DNA of 64,000 bases, from assembly GCA_030390025.1 (NCBI GenBank), contig CM059434.1, forward strand, positions 110,050,001 to 110,114,000, in the 5' to 3' direction. Positions 14,132-26,196 of the stretch are shown here, one piece after another. The notes below the pieces were generated by a model. It was not told where the DNA came from and made no database searches. It worked only from the letters and a program-made list of their open reading frames with translations. Position numbers and translations under genes: made by a program. Origin of the DNA: Squalus acanthias (taxonomy: Eukaryota). Positions within the stretch are counted from its first letter, which is position 1, and every line of letters starts with the position of its first letter.

Positions 14132-14756
14132 GTAAGCTAGATGTTTTGGAGCTGTAGTATGAGGTTGCAAGGATGCTGTGCAGTGGAGCGGAAACATGCT
14201 TTAGGAAGAAAGTTGGGCAAAGCCAGTCGCATTTGATTGTGGATTCTGGTATTTAGCTTCTTGGAAAATGCTGCTTGGGAATTGTATCTGCCTACAGTTT
14301 CATAGCCTGCTTCAGATGTTACCTGTCTTCACACATTATAATATACTTGTGTGGAAAGATCAATGTGAACTGCACCCCTTGAGATCTGTTTGGATTTAGA
14401 AACTATTCTGAAGGCTTTTATCAGGGGCTAAGCTGACCACTAACAAAAAGTACTTTGCAACTTCACATCCTATTTCAAGTTCATTGCTATGATCATAGTA
14501 TTGCAACATACAGCTATAATTTATCAATTAAAAAAAAAAAAAAAATTGCTGGACAGTTGTGAGACTATTGTAATTCTGTGAATATCCTCCCTCCTTCCTG
14601 CACCAGCCAACGATAGCTTCTGAGCAAAAAGAAACCTTTCCCAGGGAATAAAACGCATCAGAGTGTGAATAATTTTGATATAGTTAAATCATCTGCCATT
14701 TTGATACAGTTAAATCTGTTTTCTGGCAACATGCATTTGTTTTAAATTTATTTTAG

Positions 14757-14861
14757 ATTATTCAGAATCCTGATCGACTTCCCAAAGATATTGTGGCTGA
14801 AGATTTTTTGTGGGCACAGTGGGATACACAGGGACAGAGGCTGTTCTGTATTGTTGAAAAG
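14757..14861 (+). CDS. GSAP: GSAP exon (IIQNPDRLPKDIVAEDFLWAQWDTQGQRLFCIVEK)
   Basis: ttttag / gtaaaa; 105 nt; AEDF.WAQWD motif. Confidence 0.94.
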
Positions 14862-14974
14862 GTAAAAAAAAAAATGATTTGACCCGAGTGTCTATGTTTT
14901 GTTTATGGAATAAAAAAATCAAATATTTGAATAAACAAAGGGATAGCATGGAATTAATTGTTGCAATTTGACCC

Positions 14975-15285
14975 AGGTCCCACAAGCAGCAGTGAGCTAA
15001 ATGAGCAGATAATCTGTTTTTGACAGTGTTATTTGAGGGATAATTAATGACCAGGACACCGTGATGAACTCTGCTTTTCTTCCAAAAGTGTCATGGGATC
15101 CTATTACATCCACCTGCGAAGGCAGATTGGGCCTAGGTTTAATGTCTCATCCGAAAGACAGCACTTCCAGCAGTGCAGCACTCCCTTAGGGCTGCACTGG
15201 AGTGTCAGCCTAGCTTATGTGCTCCAGTCTCTGGTGTAGGGCTTGAATCCCACAACCTTCTGACTCTGAGGTGAGGGTGCTGACA
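14975..15285 (-). mobile_element. tRNA-derived Deu-domain-type SINE (SacSINE1-like)
   Basis: Minus strand shows a tRNA-like head with B-box-like GGATTCAAGCC, then GCTGTCTTTCGGATGAGACATTAAACC typical of Deu/LF-type SINE cores (recalled). Confidence 0.65.
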
Positions 15286-15290
15286 CCTAG

Positions 15291-16109
15291 GGGGCGATTT
15301 TGCAAATGGGGGCGCGTTGGAGGCGGAACTGCTGCTTGTCGGGTTTTAGTCCCGACTTCATCGACTTCTGGCCAACCCATGCTATTTTCCCTTGATTGGC
15401 CTTGTTAAGCCCGCCCAGCGGGTTTAGCAGGCCAATTAAGGGAAAGCCGGTTACAGAGAACGTCAGCGTATGACGTTTCATCTGTCAATTTTTGACTGAT
15501 GAATTGTCGTCGTTTGACAGCTCTGTGAAGCTGTCAAACACTGACATTCTATGTTGTTTGATGAGTCCTTGTATTCAAGACTCATCAAACCTCTTTCTTT
15601 AGCAGAAATTAGATGGATGTTGCATTGGAGAATGCAGCAGCCATCTGTCACCTCCGCCGGTGAGATGCGAGACTCTCCGCATCCCCAACTGTTGAAGCCT
15701 GCAGGAAGAAACAAAGGTAAGTAAACATTTTCTATCACTTTACACTCACCTCACACACTTACCTCTCCACACTTGCACCCATCACTTGCCTTCGCAGCTC
15801 ACTTTTGCACCCCTCTGACCCCCGCACACCCACTGCTCGCCTTGGTGACCCTGGCGGGGTTTCCCGACGTCGGGAAGCCCGCGCCTCTGTTGGAAAAATG
15901 GGGATAATCCTTTTAACTGCCTGGTAACTACCTGTTAATAAGCAGTTAAGTGGCTGTAATCCCCTTCCCGCCTTGAGGAGACGGGACCCGGCGCGGGTCG
16001 GCTACCCGCCTCCTGGGAAGATGGCACGGGGACGGGATGGGCACCCATCCCCAGATTCTGCCATTTTCCTGGCATACCCGCCTCCCCAGGGCTGGCAAGA
16101 TCGCGCCCC
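15291..16109. mobile_element. Non-autonomous PIF/Harbinger-type element
   Basis: TIRs GGGGCGATTTTGC / GCAAGATCGCGCCCC, 3-bp TSD TAG; internal similarity to 41390-41520 and 45290-46148. Confidence 0.75.
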
Positions 16110-16863
16110 TAGATTCAAAGGGAAGAAAAAAATATTTTCCCCTTCCCTTCCATTTAATGTGCTGGGGCACAATTCCATTGGTACCAACAGCCTTTCATGT
16201 TCATGGCTGTTTGTGCATGTGTACAGACATTGAACATTAGCAGGTTATTCTGTCCACGTACACTTTCCAGCATATGTCACTGGATAACAATAGAGAGAGA
16301 GAAATCCAGCTGTTTCAATTTTACTTCCCTAGTCTGGGTACATGAAGTTAATTATAGCACTTGTGTTGCCAATGGGACCACCTGACATGTATGGCTCAAA
16401 GAAAACTGCTCGTGGATTTCATAATATAAATGAGCCATGAAAATCTATGCTGGTAACAAAATGTGACCAACCCAATAGTGTGATTTTGTATATTTTTTGC
16501 TTGTGTTTGAACCTGTAACCGAGGTAATATTGTACAAGTATGGCATTTTTTACTCGAAGTTTAAATGGACTACTTAACAGCTTCATGACAGAAAGGCACT
16601 TGTAGAGCATAAGGTAGTTTTGCAGTTGAATGGCTTCACTACATCTAGTAAATTGGATAAAATGTGCACTGCAACAGTTTGCATTTTTGTATTAATGTTA
16701 AAGTACTGAGGACAGTCGATCTACAGCTGTAGTTATGAAAATGTCCTTTTGCTATGTATAGCAACTGTTTCATGGTTTGCATGTAAAATTAGACTCCAGT
16801 AGCTGTTTTATTTTCACAACCCAGAGACATCCTTGACGATAATGACTTGTTTATTTTAATTAG

Positions 16864-16923
16864 GGAAGCAATGCAGTTCTGATGTGCATTCAGTTTTACC
16901 CCGACAGGAACTATGAAATGTTG
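16864..16923 (+). CDS. GSAP: GSAP exon (GSNAVLMCIQFYPDRNYEML)
   Basis: aattag / gtaagt; CIQFY motif; phase 0 to 0. Confidence 0.92.
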
Positions 16924-17745
16924 GTAAGTCAGTTGTGTACTTTATATCTGCCATCCATGCCCTTTTCTTTCTAGCATTTTTGAACTGCCCACTATTGTAA
17001 ATGGCTAATTTTGTGTGTTTTCCACTAAAATATATGTGGTGTAAGTAAGGTCTGTAAAATTATTTTACAGCAAAGTTAAGAACCGGTTCTGGGGGAGGTG
17101 GGACCAGTACAAACTGGATGGTTTGCACCTGGGTAGGACCGGGACCGATGCCCTAGGGGGAGTTTTTGCTAGTGCTGTTGGGGAGGGTTTAAACTAAAAT
17201 GGCAGGGGGTTGGGGACCTGTGCAGGAAGACAGAGGAAAGGGAAGCAAGGATAGAAGCAAAAGACAGGAAGGAAAAAAGCAAAAGTGGAAGTCAGAGAAA
17301 TCAAGGGTGTAAATCAAACATGGCGACAGTAAACAATAATTATAAAAGGTCTAACAGTGTTTAAAAAAAACAAGCCTGAAGGCTTTGGGGGAAAAATTAG
17401 GTCGCGCCCCGTTTGGGGCGCAAATATCGTCTGGACGCAAATATTAGCGCCTGGCGCTAATTATCGCCACTGACTGGAAACTTCACTTTTACCGCCCCGG
17501 GAGGTGAGTGGAGCGCTAAATCAGGCGCTGCACACCTGTCTTAAGGCGCAAAGGCCGAGCAGTGAGGCGCTAACTCAGCGCGCGAGCGCAGCGCAGGTGC
17601 TGCCAGTTAGCGAGGGAACACAGACACACTGGCGCCGGCCAGTTCTTAAAGCGGGGGGGGCCAACTTGCTCCCCAGCCACACCCTGCTCATTGCAGCCTT
17701 GAATCTCGACCTGGAGAGACCTGTGAATCCATTTTGCTGCCAAGG

Positions 17746-19261
17746 ATGGAGAGGGTGAGAGAACGAGCTCAGCGCTTCACCGAGCGGGCCTTGGATGCTC
17801 TGGTTGGCGCGGTGGAGCGCAGAAGATGTATGCTCTTCCCTGAGAGTGGCAGGAGGCCTTTGCCACGCGAGTACAGAAGAGTGTGGAGGGAGGTGGCTCA
17901 GAGCGTCTCCTCCAGGAGCATGGTGCCCAGGACCCATGTTCAATGCCGCAAAAAGTTCAACAACCTCACTCGGGTCGTCAGGGTGAGTGGCTTTTTCTCA
18001 ATACCTCTCCATCCCTCCATCTCAACCTCACTCTATGGCCAGAGGGTCTTAAAACCCCAATGCACAACACTCGGTGATCGGTCCCGTCGCCACTGGAGAC
18101 GCCGACCCCGTTCTGGACAGCAATGGTAAGGTCATCACCTTTTTGTCCTCTGTCCTTCCACTTGTCCCTCACAACACCAGCCTTTGACACTTTCAATCCA
18201 ACTTGCTAACTCGCTGCACTTATTCCTCCCTTACTGCCACCCTGTCCTCACGCTAAAGCCACTCTTGTACCTCCCTGCTTTCAGATGGTGATTCACCAGC
18301 TGAGGAGACGGGCCTTGAAGCTGCCAGTGGGAGTGAAGCTGCAGCCGAGGAGGAAGAGGAAGCCGGAGCATCAGTGCCACCCTCTCCCGAGGAAGCCCAT
18401 GCCCACACTGGGAACACGCCTTCCCTGGAGGGGAGCAGGGGGGAAGGGTCTGATGAGGGTGAAGCTCCAGGACCCAGCGGGCTGCAGCAACGCCATGGGG
18501 GTAGGGAAGAACGGGGGCCTTCTCCCCAGAGGGAGAGTATGCCAGAGACTCCTACTGCAATGGACGCAGAGGAGGAGCGGCTGATTGCAGAAATGAACAC
18601 CCAGGTGGTGGGCATGCACACTGAGCTCATGGGTGCAGTGGGAAGGGTGCCCGAATGCATTGAGTCACTGGCAAGGAGTGTGGAGCACTTCGCTGTAGCA
18701 CAGGCGGATGCCACACTAAAGCTTAGTGCTGCAATTCAGTCACTGACTGCCGTGATCCCATCTCTGACTGCTCTCATGCAGACTCAGATTGAGGCCACGC
18801 GAGCACTGACTGCTGCCAACCTCGATGGTTCGTTCACATGTCCCCGGGGCGCTCACCGCACCGCAGCAGGCCAGCAATCTGTTCTCCAGCAGATTGCTCC
18901 GGATGCTGAAGTGCTGCCCCGTGGGAGTGCCAGTGTGTCGGGCGAGCAGGGAGTTGCTGTCCTCTCTCACGATGACAGCATTCCTGCTGCCAACACTGTC
19001 ACTTCTCCACTGCACTTGCCACCGCCTGTAGGACAGACTGCTGCCTCCCATGCAGAGTTGGTGCAGTCTGCAGCCGGGCCCTCCAGGCCCAGAACTGGTC
19101 GAGGCCGTCCTTCAGGGGCATCTGCAGTGTCAGGGTCTGACGATCAGCAGCCTTCCACCAGCCTTGCTGCAGCCACTGAGGTCCCATTACGGAGGAGCAG
19201 TAGGGTTAGAAGGGGGGAAGTGCGCAAGGGAAGGAGATCACCCTCGAAGGGCAAAAAGTAG
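17746..19261 (+). CDS. Harbinger Myb/SANT (trihelix) DNA-binding protein, spliced; middle exon appears damaged
   Basis: Exon 17746..17982 (RFTERALDALV...W.EVA......R...QCRKKFNNL, donor gtgagt); partial exon ending 18125 (gtaagg); last exon 18285..19261 with acidic, helical and basic (NLS-like) segments. Confidence 0.8.
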
Positions 19262-19571
19262 GAGGTGTGACAAAATGCTGGTCATTTTTTTATTAAAGGC
19301 CGAGGTTCGTGGTCCAACTTTTGTTTAGTGTTTTGGACATTATCTCCAGGTTGTGAGAACCAGTTATGTTACTGACTTTTTTTGTGTTTATTTCTATGAG
19401 TTTGTCATGAGGAAATGACACACACAGAGTTTGTAAAATAAATAAGTTTTTGTATTCAAAATATACATGTTTGGTGTTTGGAATTATTGGTGCCTTGCCC
19501 GGCTTAGGGGTTGCGTGCTGGGTTCATTGATGTTGTTAGCAATGGCAGAAGCCATTTCCACAGCAGGGGCC

Positions 19572-20730
19572 CTAGAAGCGGCTTGCTATCAGCCGTTGAC
19601 GGACAGCCCTTGCAGTTTCACCATTGTGGGCCGCCCTCCCGCCTTGGTGCTGCTGATGATCATCCTCCTCGTCCTCTTCCTCCTCTTCCTCCTCCTCCTC
19701 TGGTGGTGCTCTAAGGCCTGGTGGCATTGGCTGGGTCTTGACGATTGCCATGTTATGCAACATGCAGCACACAACTACGAAGTTGGATACTCGCTCAGGC
19801 GAGTACTGCAGGGCTCCTCCAGAATGGTCGAGACAGCGGAACCGTTGCTTGAGCACGCCGATTGTGCGCTCAATGATGTTCCTGGTAGCTTGATGGCTCT
19901 CATTGTACCGCAGCTCAGCAGGGGTGTTGGGCGTACGGAGCGGTGTCATCAGCCAGGTGCTCAATGGATACCCCTTGTCCCCGAGAAGCCAACCAACTGG
20001 CTGATGCGGTGCCTCAAAGTTCTGCCACAGTAGTCTGGCACAGGATAAAAGCATCGTGGCAGCTGCCAGGATAGTGGGCATTGACAGCGAGTATCAGCTG
20101 TCTGTGGTCACAGACCAACTGAACATTCAAGGAATGGAACCCCTTTCTGTTCCGGAATTCCTCGGCATTCTCATGTGGAGCACGCAAAGCCACATGCGTG
20201 CAGTCAATGGCGCCCTGCACCATGGGGAAGCCCGCTATCCTCGCAAAGCCCAGAGCGCGGTCACGCTGCTTGTCTGGGGTCATGAGGAAAGAGATGAACT
20301 CTCGTCTCCTTTTAAAGAGGGAATTTGTGACCTGCCGGATGCAGCAATGCACCGCGAACTGGGAGATATTGGCGAGGTCCCCAGCAGCAGCTTGAAATGA
20401 GCCAGTAGCATAGAAGTTGAGAGCCACTGTGACCTTCACTGCCACCGACAGAGACGTCCTGGACCTCAGTTGAGGCTGCAGATCTGGCTGCAGCAGGTGG
20501 CAGAGCTCAGTGACCACCTCCTTGCTGAATCGCAGCCTTCGCAAACACAGCTCCTCAGACATATGAATGTAGGAAAGCTGTTCGCGATATACCCTGGGAG
20601 GGTAAGCTCTCCTGTACATACGCCTGTTGACCCTCCTCCGTCTGGCCATCATTGCCACTCTCTCTCTGCGTCTCTGTGTCCTCCGATTCAGCTGGAGCAG
20701 GACGACGCCCCCAATCAGTGCAGCCCCCAT
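19572..20730 (-). pseudogene. Harbinger (HARBI1-like) DDE transposase with one frameshift near 20018
   Basis: ORFs 20014..20799 and 19572..20081: [56 protein letters not shown]. Confidence 0.9.
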
Positions 20731-20849
20731 AGTCTCTCTGCAAGCAAAGTAATGAAGGACAGCAACCAAAGTAGCAGCGAAGTTAGGATCAGTAGGCAAA
20801 ACTACCTCACAAAGCGTTGACTCAATGCAGAAGTCTCTCTTTCTCTCCG

Positions 20850-20851
<2 letters not shown>

Positions 20852-20879
<28 letters not shown>
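20852..20879 (+). repeat. (CT)n microsatellite inside the Harbinger
   Basis: Direct reading. Confidence 0.9.
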
Positions 20880-20880
<1 letters not shown>

Positions 20881-23800
20881 GAACGAGTGGTGCAAAAATG
20901 TCAACCATAGAAAAAGACAGGAAGAGGCCCCCTTTAAATAGCGCCCCCCCCAGCCCCACAGCGATTGATAGCGTTCCAGTCTTCCGGTCGTTTGATGCGC
21001 CAGGCGGTAAGGCAGGGGACGCCACTCAATTTCCGCTCCGGGGCGCCACAAGGGCGTTGCACCATGGAATGACGTCACAATCTGCGCGCGCAGGTGGTCG
21101 CGGCGGTAAGGTTTAGCGCCGCCGCACAATGTCTAGTTAAGTTCCCGAGCGGCGCAAACATCGCTGCGCCCGGGCGCTAGCGGCTTTGCGCCCCATTAGC
21201 GCCCTCTTAAGGCGCTAACGGGAGGCGCAACCAACTGAATTTTTACCCCTTTGTGTCTTAATGCAAGGAGCATTCGTAATAAGGTGGATGAATTAGCTGC
21301 GCAAATAGATGTAAATGGATATGATATAATTGGGATTACGGAGACATGGCTCCAGGGTGATCAAGGCTGGGAATTCAACATCCAGGGGTATTCAATATTC
21401 AGGAAGGACAGGCAAAAAGGAAAAGGAGGTAGGGTAGCATTGCTGGTTAAAGAGGAGATTAACACAATAGTAAGGAAGGATTTTAGCTCTGATGATGAGG
21501 AATCTGTATGGGTAAAGCTGAGAAATACCAAGGGGCAGAAAACGTTAGTGGGAGTTGCATACAGACCCCCAAACAGTAATGCTGAGGTTGGGGATGGCAT
21601 TAAACGGGAAATTAGAGACGCGTGCAATAAGGGCACAGCAGTTATCAAGGGTGACTTTAATCTACATATAGATTGGGCTAACCAAATTAGTAACAATACT
21701 GTGGAGGGGGAATTCCTCGAGTGTATACGGGATGGTTTCCTGGACCAATATGTCGAGGAACCAACTAGAGATCAGGCCATCTTAGACTGGGTATTATGTA
21801 ATGAGAAAGGATTAATTCGCAATCTTGTTGTGCGAGGCCCCTTGGGGAGGAGCGATCATAATATGATAGAATTCTTTAAGATGGAGAGTCAAGTAGTTGA
21901 CTCAGAGACTAGGGTCCTGAATTTAAATAAAGGAAACTACGATGGTATGAGGCGCGAGTTGGCTAGGATGGATTGGGGAATATTACTTAAAGGGTTGACG
22001 GTGGATAGGCAATGGCAAACATTTAAAGATTGCATGGATGAACTACAGAATTTGTTCATCCCTGTTTGGCATAAAAATAAAACAAAAAAGGTGACTCAAC
22101 TGTGGCTAACAAGGGAAATTAGGGATAGCATAAGATCCAAGGAGAGGACATATAAATTGGCCAGAAAAAGCAGCAAACCTGAGGATTGGGAGCAGTTTAG
22201 GATTCAGCAAAGGAGGACAAAGGGATTAATTAAGAAGAGGAAAATAGAGTATGAGAGTAAGCTTTCAGGGAACATAAAAACTGACTGTAAAAGCTTCTAT
22301 AGATATGTGAAGAGAAAAGGATTGGTGAAGTCAAGCGTAGGTCCCTTGCAGTCAGAATCAGGGGAATTTATAATGGGGAACAAAGAAATGGCAGACCAAT
22401 TAAATACATACTTTGGTTCTGTCTTCACAAAGGAGGACACAAATAACCTCCCAGAGATGTCGGGGAACATGGGGTCTAATGAGAGGGAGGAACTGAATGA
22501 AATCAGTATTTGTAGGGAAATGGTGTTAGGGAAATTGACGGGATTGAAGGCCGATAAATCCCCAGGGCCTGATAATCTACATCCTAGGGTACTTAAGGAA
22601 GTGGCCCTCGAAATAGTAGATGCATTGCTGGTCATCTTCCAAAATTCTATAGACTCTGGAACAGTTCCCATGGATTGGAGGGTAGCTAATGTAACCCCAC
22701 TATTTAAAAAAGGTGGTAGAGAGAAAACGGGGAATTATAGACCGGTAAGCCTGACATCAGTAGTGGGGAAAATGCTAGAGTCCATTATAAAAGATGTAAT
22801 AGCAGAGCCCTTGGAAAACAGTGACCGGATCGGACAAAGTCAACATGGATTTACAAAAGGTAAAAATCATGCTTGACTAATCTACTGGAATTTTTTGAGG
22901 ATGTAACTGGTAGAATAGATAAGGAAGAACCAGTGGATGTGGTGTATTTGGATTTTCAGAAGGCTTTCGATAAGGTCCCGCATAAGAGATTAGCGTGCAA
23001 AGTTAAAGCACATGGGATTGGGGGTAAGGTACTGACTTGGCTAGAGAACTGGTTGGCAGACAGGAAGCAAAGAGTTGGAATAAACTGGTCTTTTTCTGAG
23101 TGGCAGGCAGTGACTAGTGGGGTACCACAGGGATCGGTGCTAGGACCCCAGTTATTCACAATATATATTAATGATCTAGACGAGGGAACTAGATGTAATA
23201 TTTCCAAGTTTGCAGACAACACAAAGCTGGGTGGGCGTGTGTGCTGTGAGGAGGATGCAGAGAAACTCCAGTATGATTTGGACAGGTTGGGTGATTGGGC
23301 AGATGCATGGCAGATGCAGTATAATGTGGATAAATGCGAGGTTATCCACTTTGGTGTCAAAAACAGGAAGGCAGATTATTATCTGAACGGCAATAGATTG
23401 GGAAAAGGGGAAGTGCAACGAGACCTGGGTGTCCTTGTGCACCAGTCGCTGAAGGTAAGCATGCAGGTGCAGCAGGCGGTTAAGGCGGCAAATGGTATGT
23501 TGGCCTTCATAGCGAGAGGATTCGAGTACAGGAGCAAGGATGTCTTGCTGCAGTTGTACAGGGCCTTGGTGAGACCACACCTTGAGTATTGTGTGCAGTT
23601 TTGGTCGCCTTATCTGAGGAAGGATGCTCTTGCCATGGAGGGAGTGCAGCGAAGATTCACCAGACTGGTACCTGGGATGGCAGGAATGACGTATGAGAGA
23701 GATTGGGTCGATTAGGCTTATATTCGCTAGAGTTTAGAAGAATGAGAGGGGATCTCATTGAAACTTATAAAATTCTAACAGGACTAGACAGACTAGATGC

Positions 23801-24179
23801 AGGAAGGATGTTCCCGATGGCGGGGGAGTCTAGAACCAGGGGTCACAGTCTAAGGATAAGGGGTAAGCCATTTAGGACTGAGATGAGGAGGAATTTCTTC
23901 ACCCAGAGAGTGGTGAACCTGTGGAATTCTCTACCACAGAAGGCAGTTGAGGCCAATTCATTAAATATATTCAAGAAGGAGTTAGATATATTTCTTAAGG
24001 CTAAAGGGATCAAGGGATATGGGGAGAAAGCAGGGACAGGGTACTGAATTTGGATGATCAGCCAGGATCTCATTAAATGGCGGAGCAGGCTCGAGGGGCC
24101 GAATGGCCTACTCCTGCTCCTATCTTCTATGTAACAGTCTGTTACAGTGAGGGCTGTGGGGTATATCACTGTTACGGTG

Positions 24180-24753
24180 TGGGGTGTGGTTATATGTCCG
24201 AGGCCGGGACCCAGGAGCGAGGACGAGCCCAGCAGCGAGGTCAAGGCCCAGGAGTGGCGCAGCGTGGACCAGCAGTGGGGTCGGGGCCCAGGGAAGGTGC
24301 AGCATAGGCCAACAGCGAGGTCGGGAGGACCACAATGCATCCTACGAAACCCAGGCAGAGAGGACCTGCGGGAAGGAGGGAGGAGGACAGTAGGAGTATG
24401 TTTGTGTGTGTGTGTGCTAGGCCGCTGTAGCAGAGCCTGGTCTCCAATCGTCTTGGATCCCCTTGCCATTGGACCAAGACCTTGCTCTGTCAAGCCCGTC
24501 TGGTAGCTGGTGTGCAACGGCCACCCCACGTTAAAAGAATTCACGCACAGGCATCTTCCACCCTTTAAAATGAAGTTCGGGACCTGGAACGTCAGGACCC
24601 TCATGGACAACCCCAGCAGTTTCAACCACCGTCTGCCCCACCTGTGACAGAGACTGTAGGTCCCGCATTGGACTCATCAGTCACCTGTGAACTCATTTTT
24701 AATGTGGAAGCAAGTCATCCTCGGTTCTGAGGGACTGCCTAAGAAGAAGATGA
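24180..24753 (+). mobile_element. Internally deleted RTE-clade retrotransposon (5' UTR and APE start fused to the 3' end)
   Basis: ATG at 24570 gives MKFGTWNVRTLMDNPS, joined directly to TTVCPTCDRDCRSRIGLISHL; (AAG)n tail; left boundary approximate. Confidence 0.8.
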
Positions 24754-25194
24754 TTCTGTATAGGTATGGACCCATCAGACACGGCTCGGGGTGCAATCCA
24801 TGCTCACGAGCAGCTCGCTACCAGAATAAACCATATACTGTGTTCTAAAAATACTTTGTACGTTCTTAAGTTCTTTGGGGCACAACTTATCTTGCAACAG
24901 AAAATTGAGAATTTAAACACCATCTCGTTTAATTGCCTGGAGTGAATATTTGCAGTAAGATGTATGTTGACTTGATTTTAATAGCTGTAAGAGTAGGAAG
25001 GCGTCATTCAGCATTTTCGTCATTCACCTGACTTCTTAATTTTAATCAGGAGGGTGTGTGTGAAGTGCCAATCTGCATGACTAGATAGGTCCCAGGCATC
25101 AAAGGATGGAGGTATAAGGAAAGACTGGTGAAACTGGCTCTTCAACCTTCGAAAGAAGTGACTGAAAGGGAACCTCATAGGAATATACAAGATA

Positions 25195-25221
25195 GATATA
25201 TATATATATATATATATATAT
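25195..25221 (+). repeat. (TA)n microsatellite
   Basis: Direct reading. Confidence 0.9.
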
Positions 25222-25616
25222 GGCAATTTAAGACTGATGCCAGGAAGAACTTATTCAGAGTGATCGCTATTTGGAATGGTCATCTGGGTACTTTTAAATT
25301 TGTTTGGGATACAGTTCGATAACATTGTGAAGGGCACTGTTTGTTTTATTTGTGTGATGGCCTCCCTCATCTGTATTTATCTTCTGACTGAGCCATGGCA
25401 ACAGATCAGAAGGGGATGTTCATTATGTAAGAAGAACTGAGAGCTCCTTAATGAGTTGTTCTGAAAGTGAATGAAGAAATCTAAAGGATGTAGAAACAAA
25501 CAGCTGGTGTTTCTAGTGTGGAAATCGTACTGTATCTTGGTTCCCCAAATGCAGACTGGTCAATAACCCCATAGCCATTGTATCTGTACTCATGTTAATT
25601 TAAGTCCCTCACAGTG

Positions 25617-26196
25617 GAACATAAGAAATAAGAGCAGGAGTAGGCCATACTGCCCCTTGAGCCTGCTCCGCCATTCAATAAGATCATGGCTGATCATTGA
25701 CCTCAACTCCATTTTTCCGCCCGATCTCCATATCCCTTGATTCTCCTAGAGTCCAAAAATCTATCTGTCTCAGCCTTGAATATACTCAAAGACTTGGCAT
25801 TCACAGCCCTCTGGGGCAGAGAGTTCCAAAGATTCACAACCCTCTGAGTGAAGAAATTCCTCTTCATCTCAGTCTTAAATAGCCTACCCCTTATCCTGAG
25901 ACTATGCCCCCTAGTTCTAGATACTCCAGCCAGGGGAAACAACCTCTCAGCATCTACCCTGTCAATCCCCTTCAGAATCTTGTATGTTTCAATGAGATCA
26001 CCTCTCATTCTTCTAAACTCCAGAGAGTATAGGCCCATTCTACACAATCTCTCATCATAGGACAGCCCTCTCATCCCAGGAATCAATCTAGTGAACCTTC
26101 GTTGCACCACCTCCAAGGCAAGTATATCCTTCCTTAGATAAGGAGACCAAAACTGTGCACAGTACTCCAGGTGTGGTCTCACCAAGGCCCTGTACA
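25617..26196 (-). mobile_element. CR1 LINE short 3' fragment
   Basis: ORF 25703..26185 VRPHLEYCAQFWSP...RVVNLWNSLP; CR1 3' UTR. Confidence 0.9.

Larger units (their letters stand above)
17387..21249. mobile_element. Full-length PIF/Harbinger DNA transposon (3863 bp)
   Basis: TIRs GGGGGAAAAATTAG / CTGAATTTTTACCCC; TSD TTT; removing it restores CR1 AAG GCT TTG TGT CTT AAT; two convergent genes. Confidence 0.94.
17081..24132 (+). mobile_element. CR1 LINE (family A): ORF1 3' end plus complete frameshifted ORF2, interrupted by a Harbinger
   Basis: 17081..17197 encodes an SGNH-esterase-like ORF1 end (YKLDGLHL...GEGLN*). ORF2 (APE CLNARSIRNK, ITETW, SDHN; RT) spans ORFs 21251..22876, 22873..23715 and 23703..24047. 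TTCTATG tail. Confidence 0.93.

Noticed and set aside
20011-20025. The transposase frameshift falls at GAA CTT TGA G, which resembles the CUU-UGA +1 programmed frameshift of bacterial RF2
   Set aside because: HARBI1-like proteins typically read ..LFE.. here, so a 2-nt deletion explains it more simply, and the bacterial stimulatory context does not apply. Reconsider only if most family copies share it.
19467-20820. Plus-strand ORFs (188, 114 and 116 aa), one with a hydrophobic stretch
   Set aside because: Antisense shadows of the transposase; the Leu-rich run is the complement of its poly-Glu codons
23843-24625. 260-aa minus-strand ORF
   Set aside because: Chance read-through across the antisense of a CR1 tail and an RTE leader; no recognisable domain
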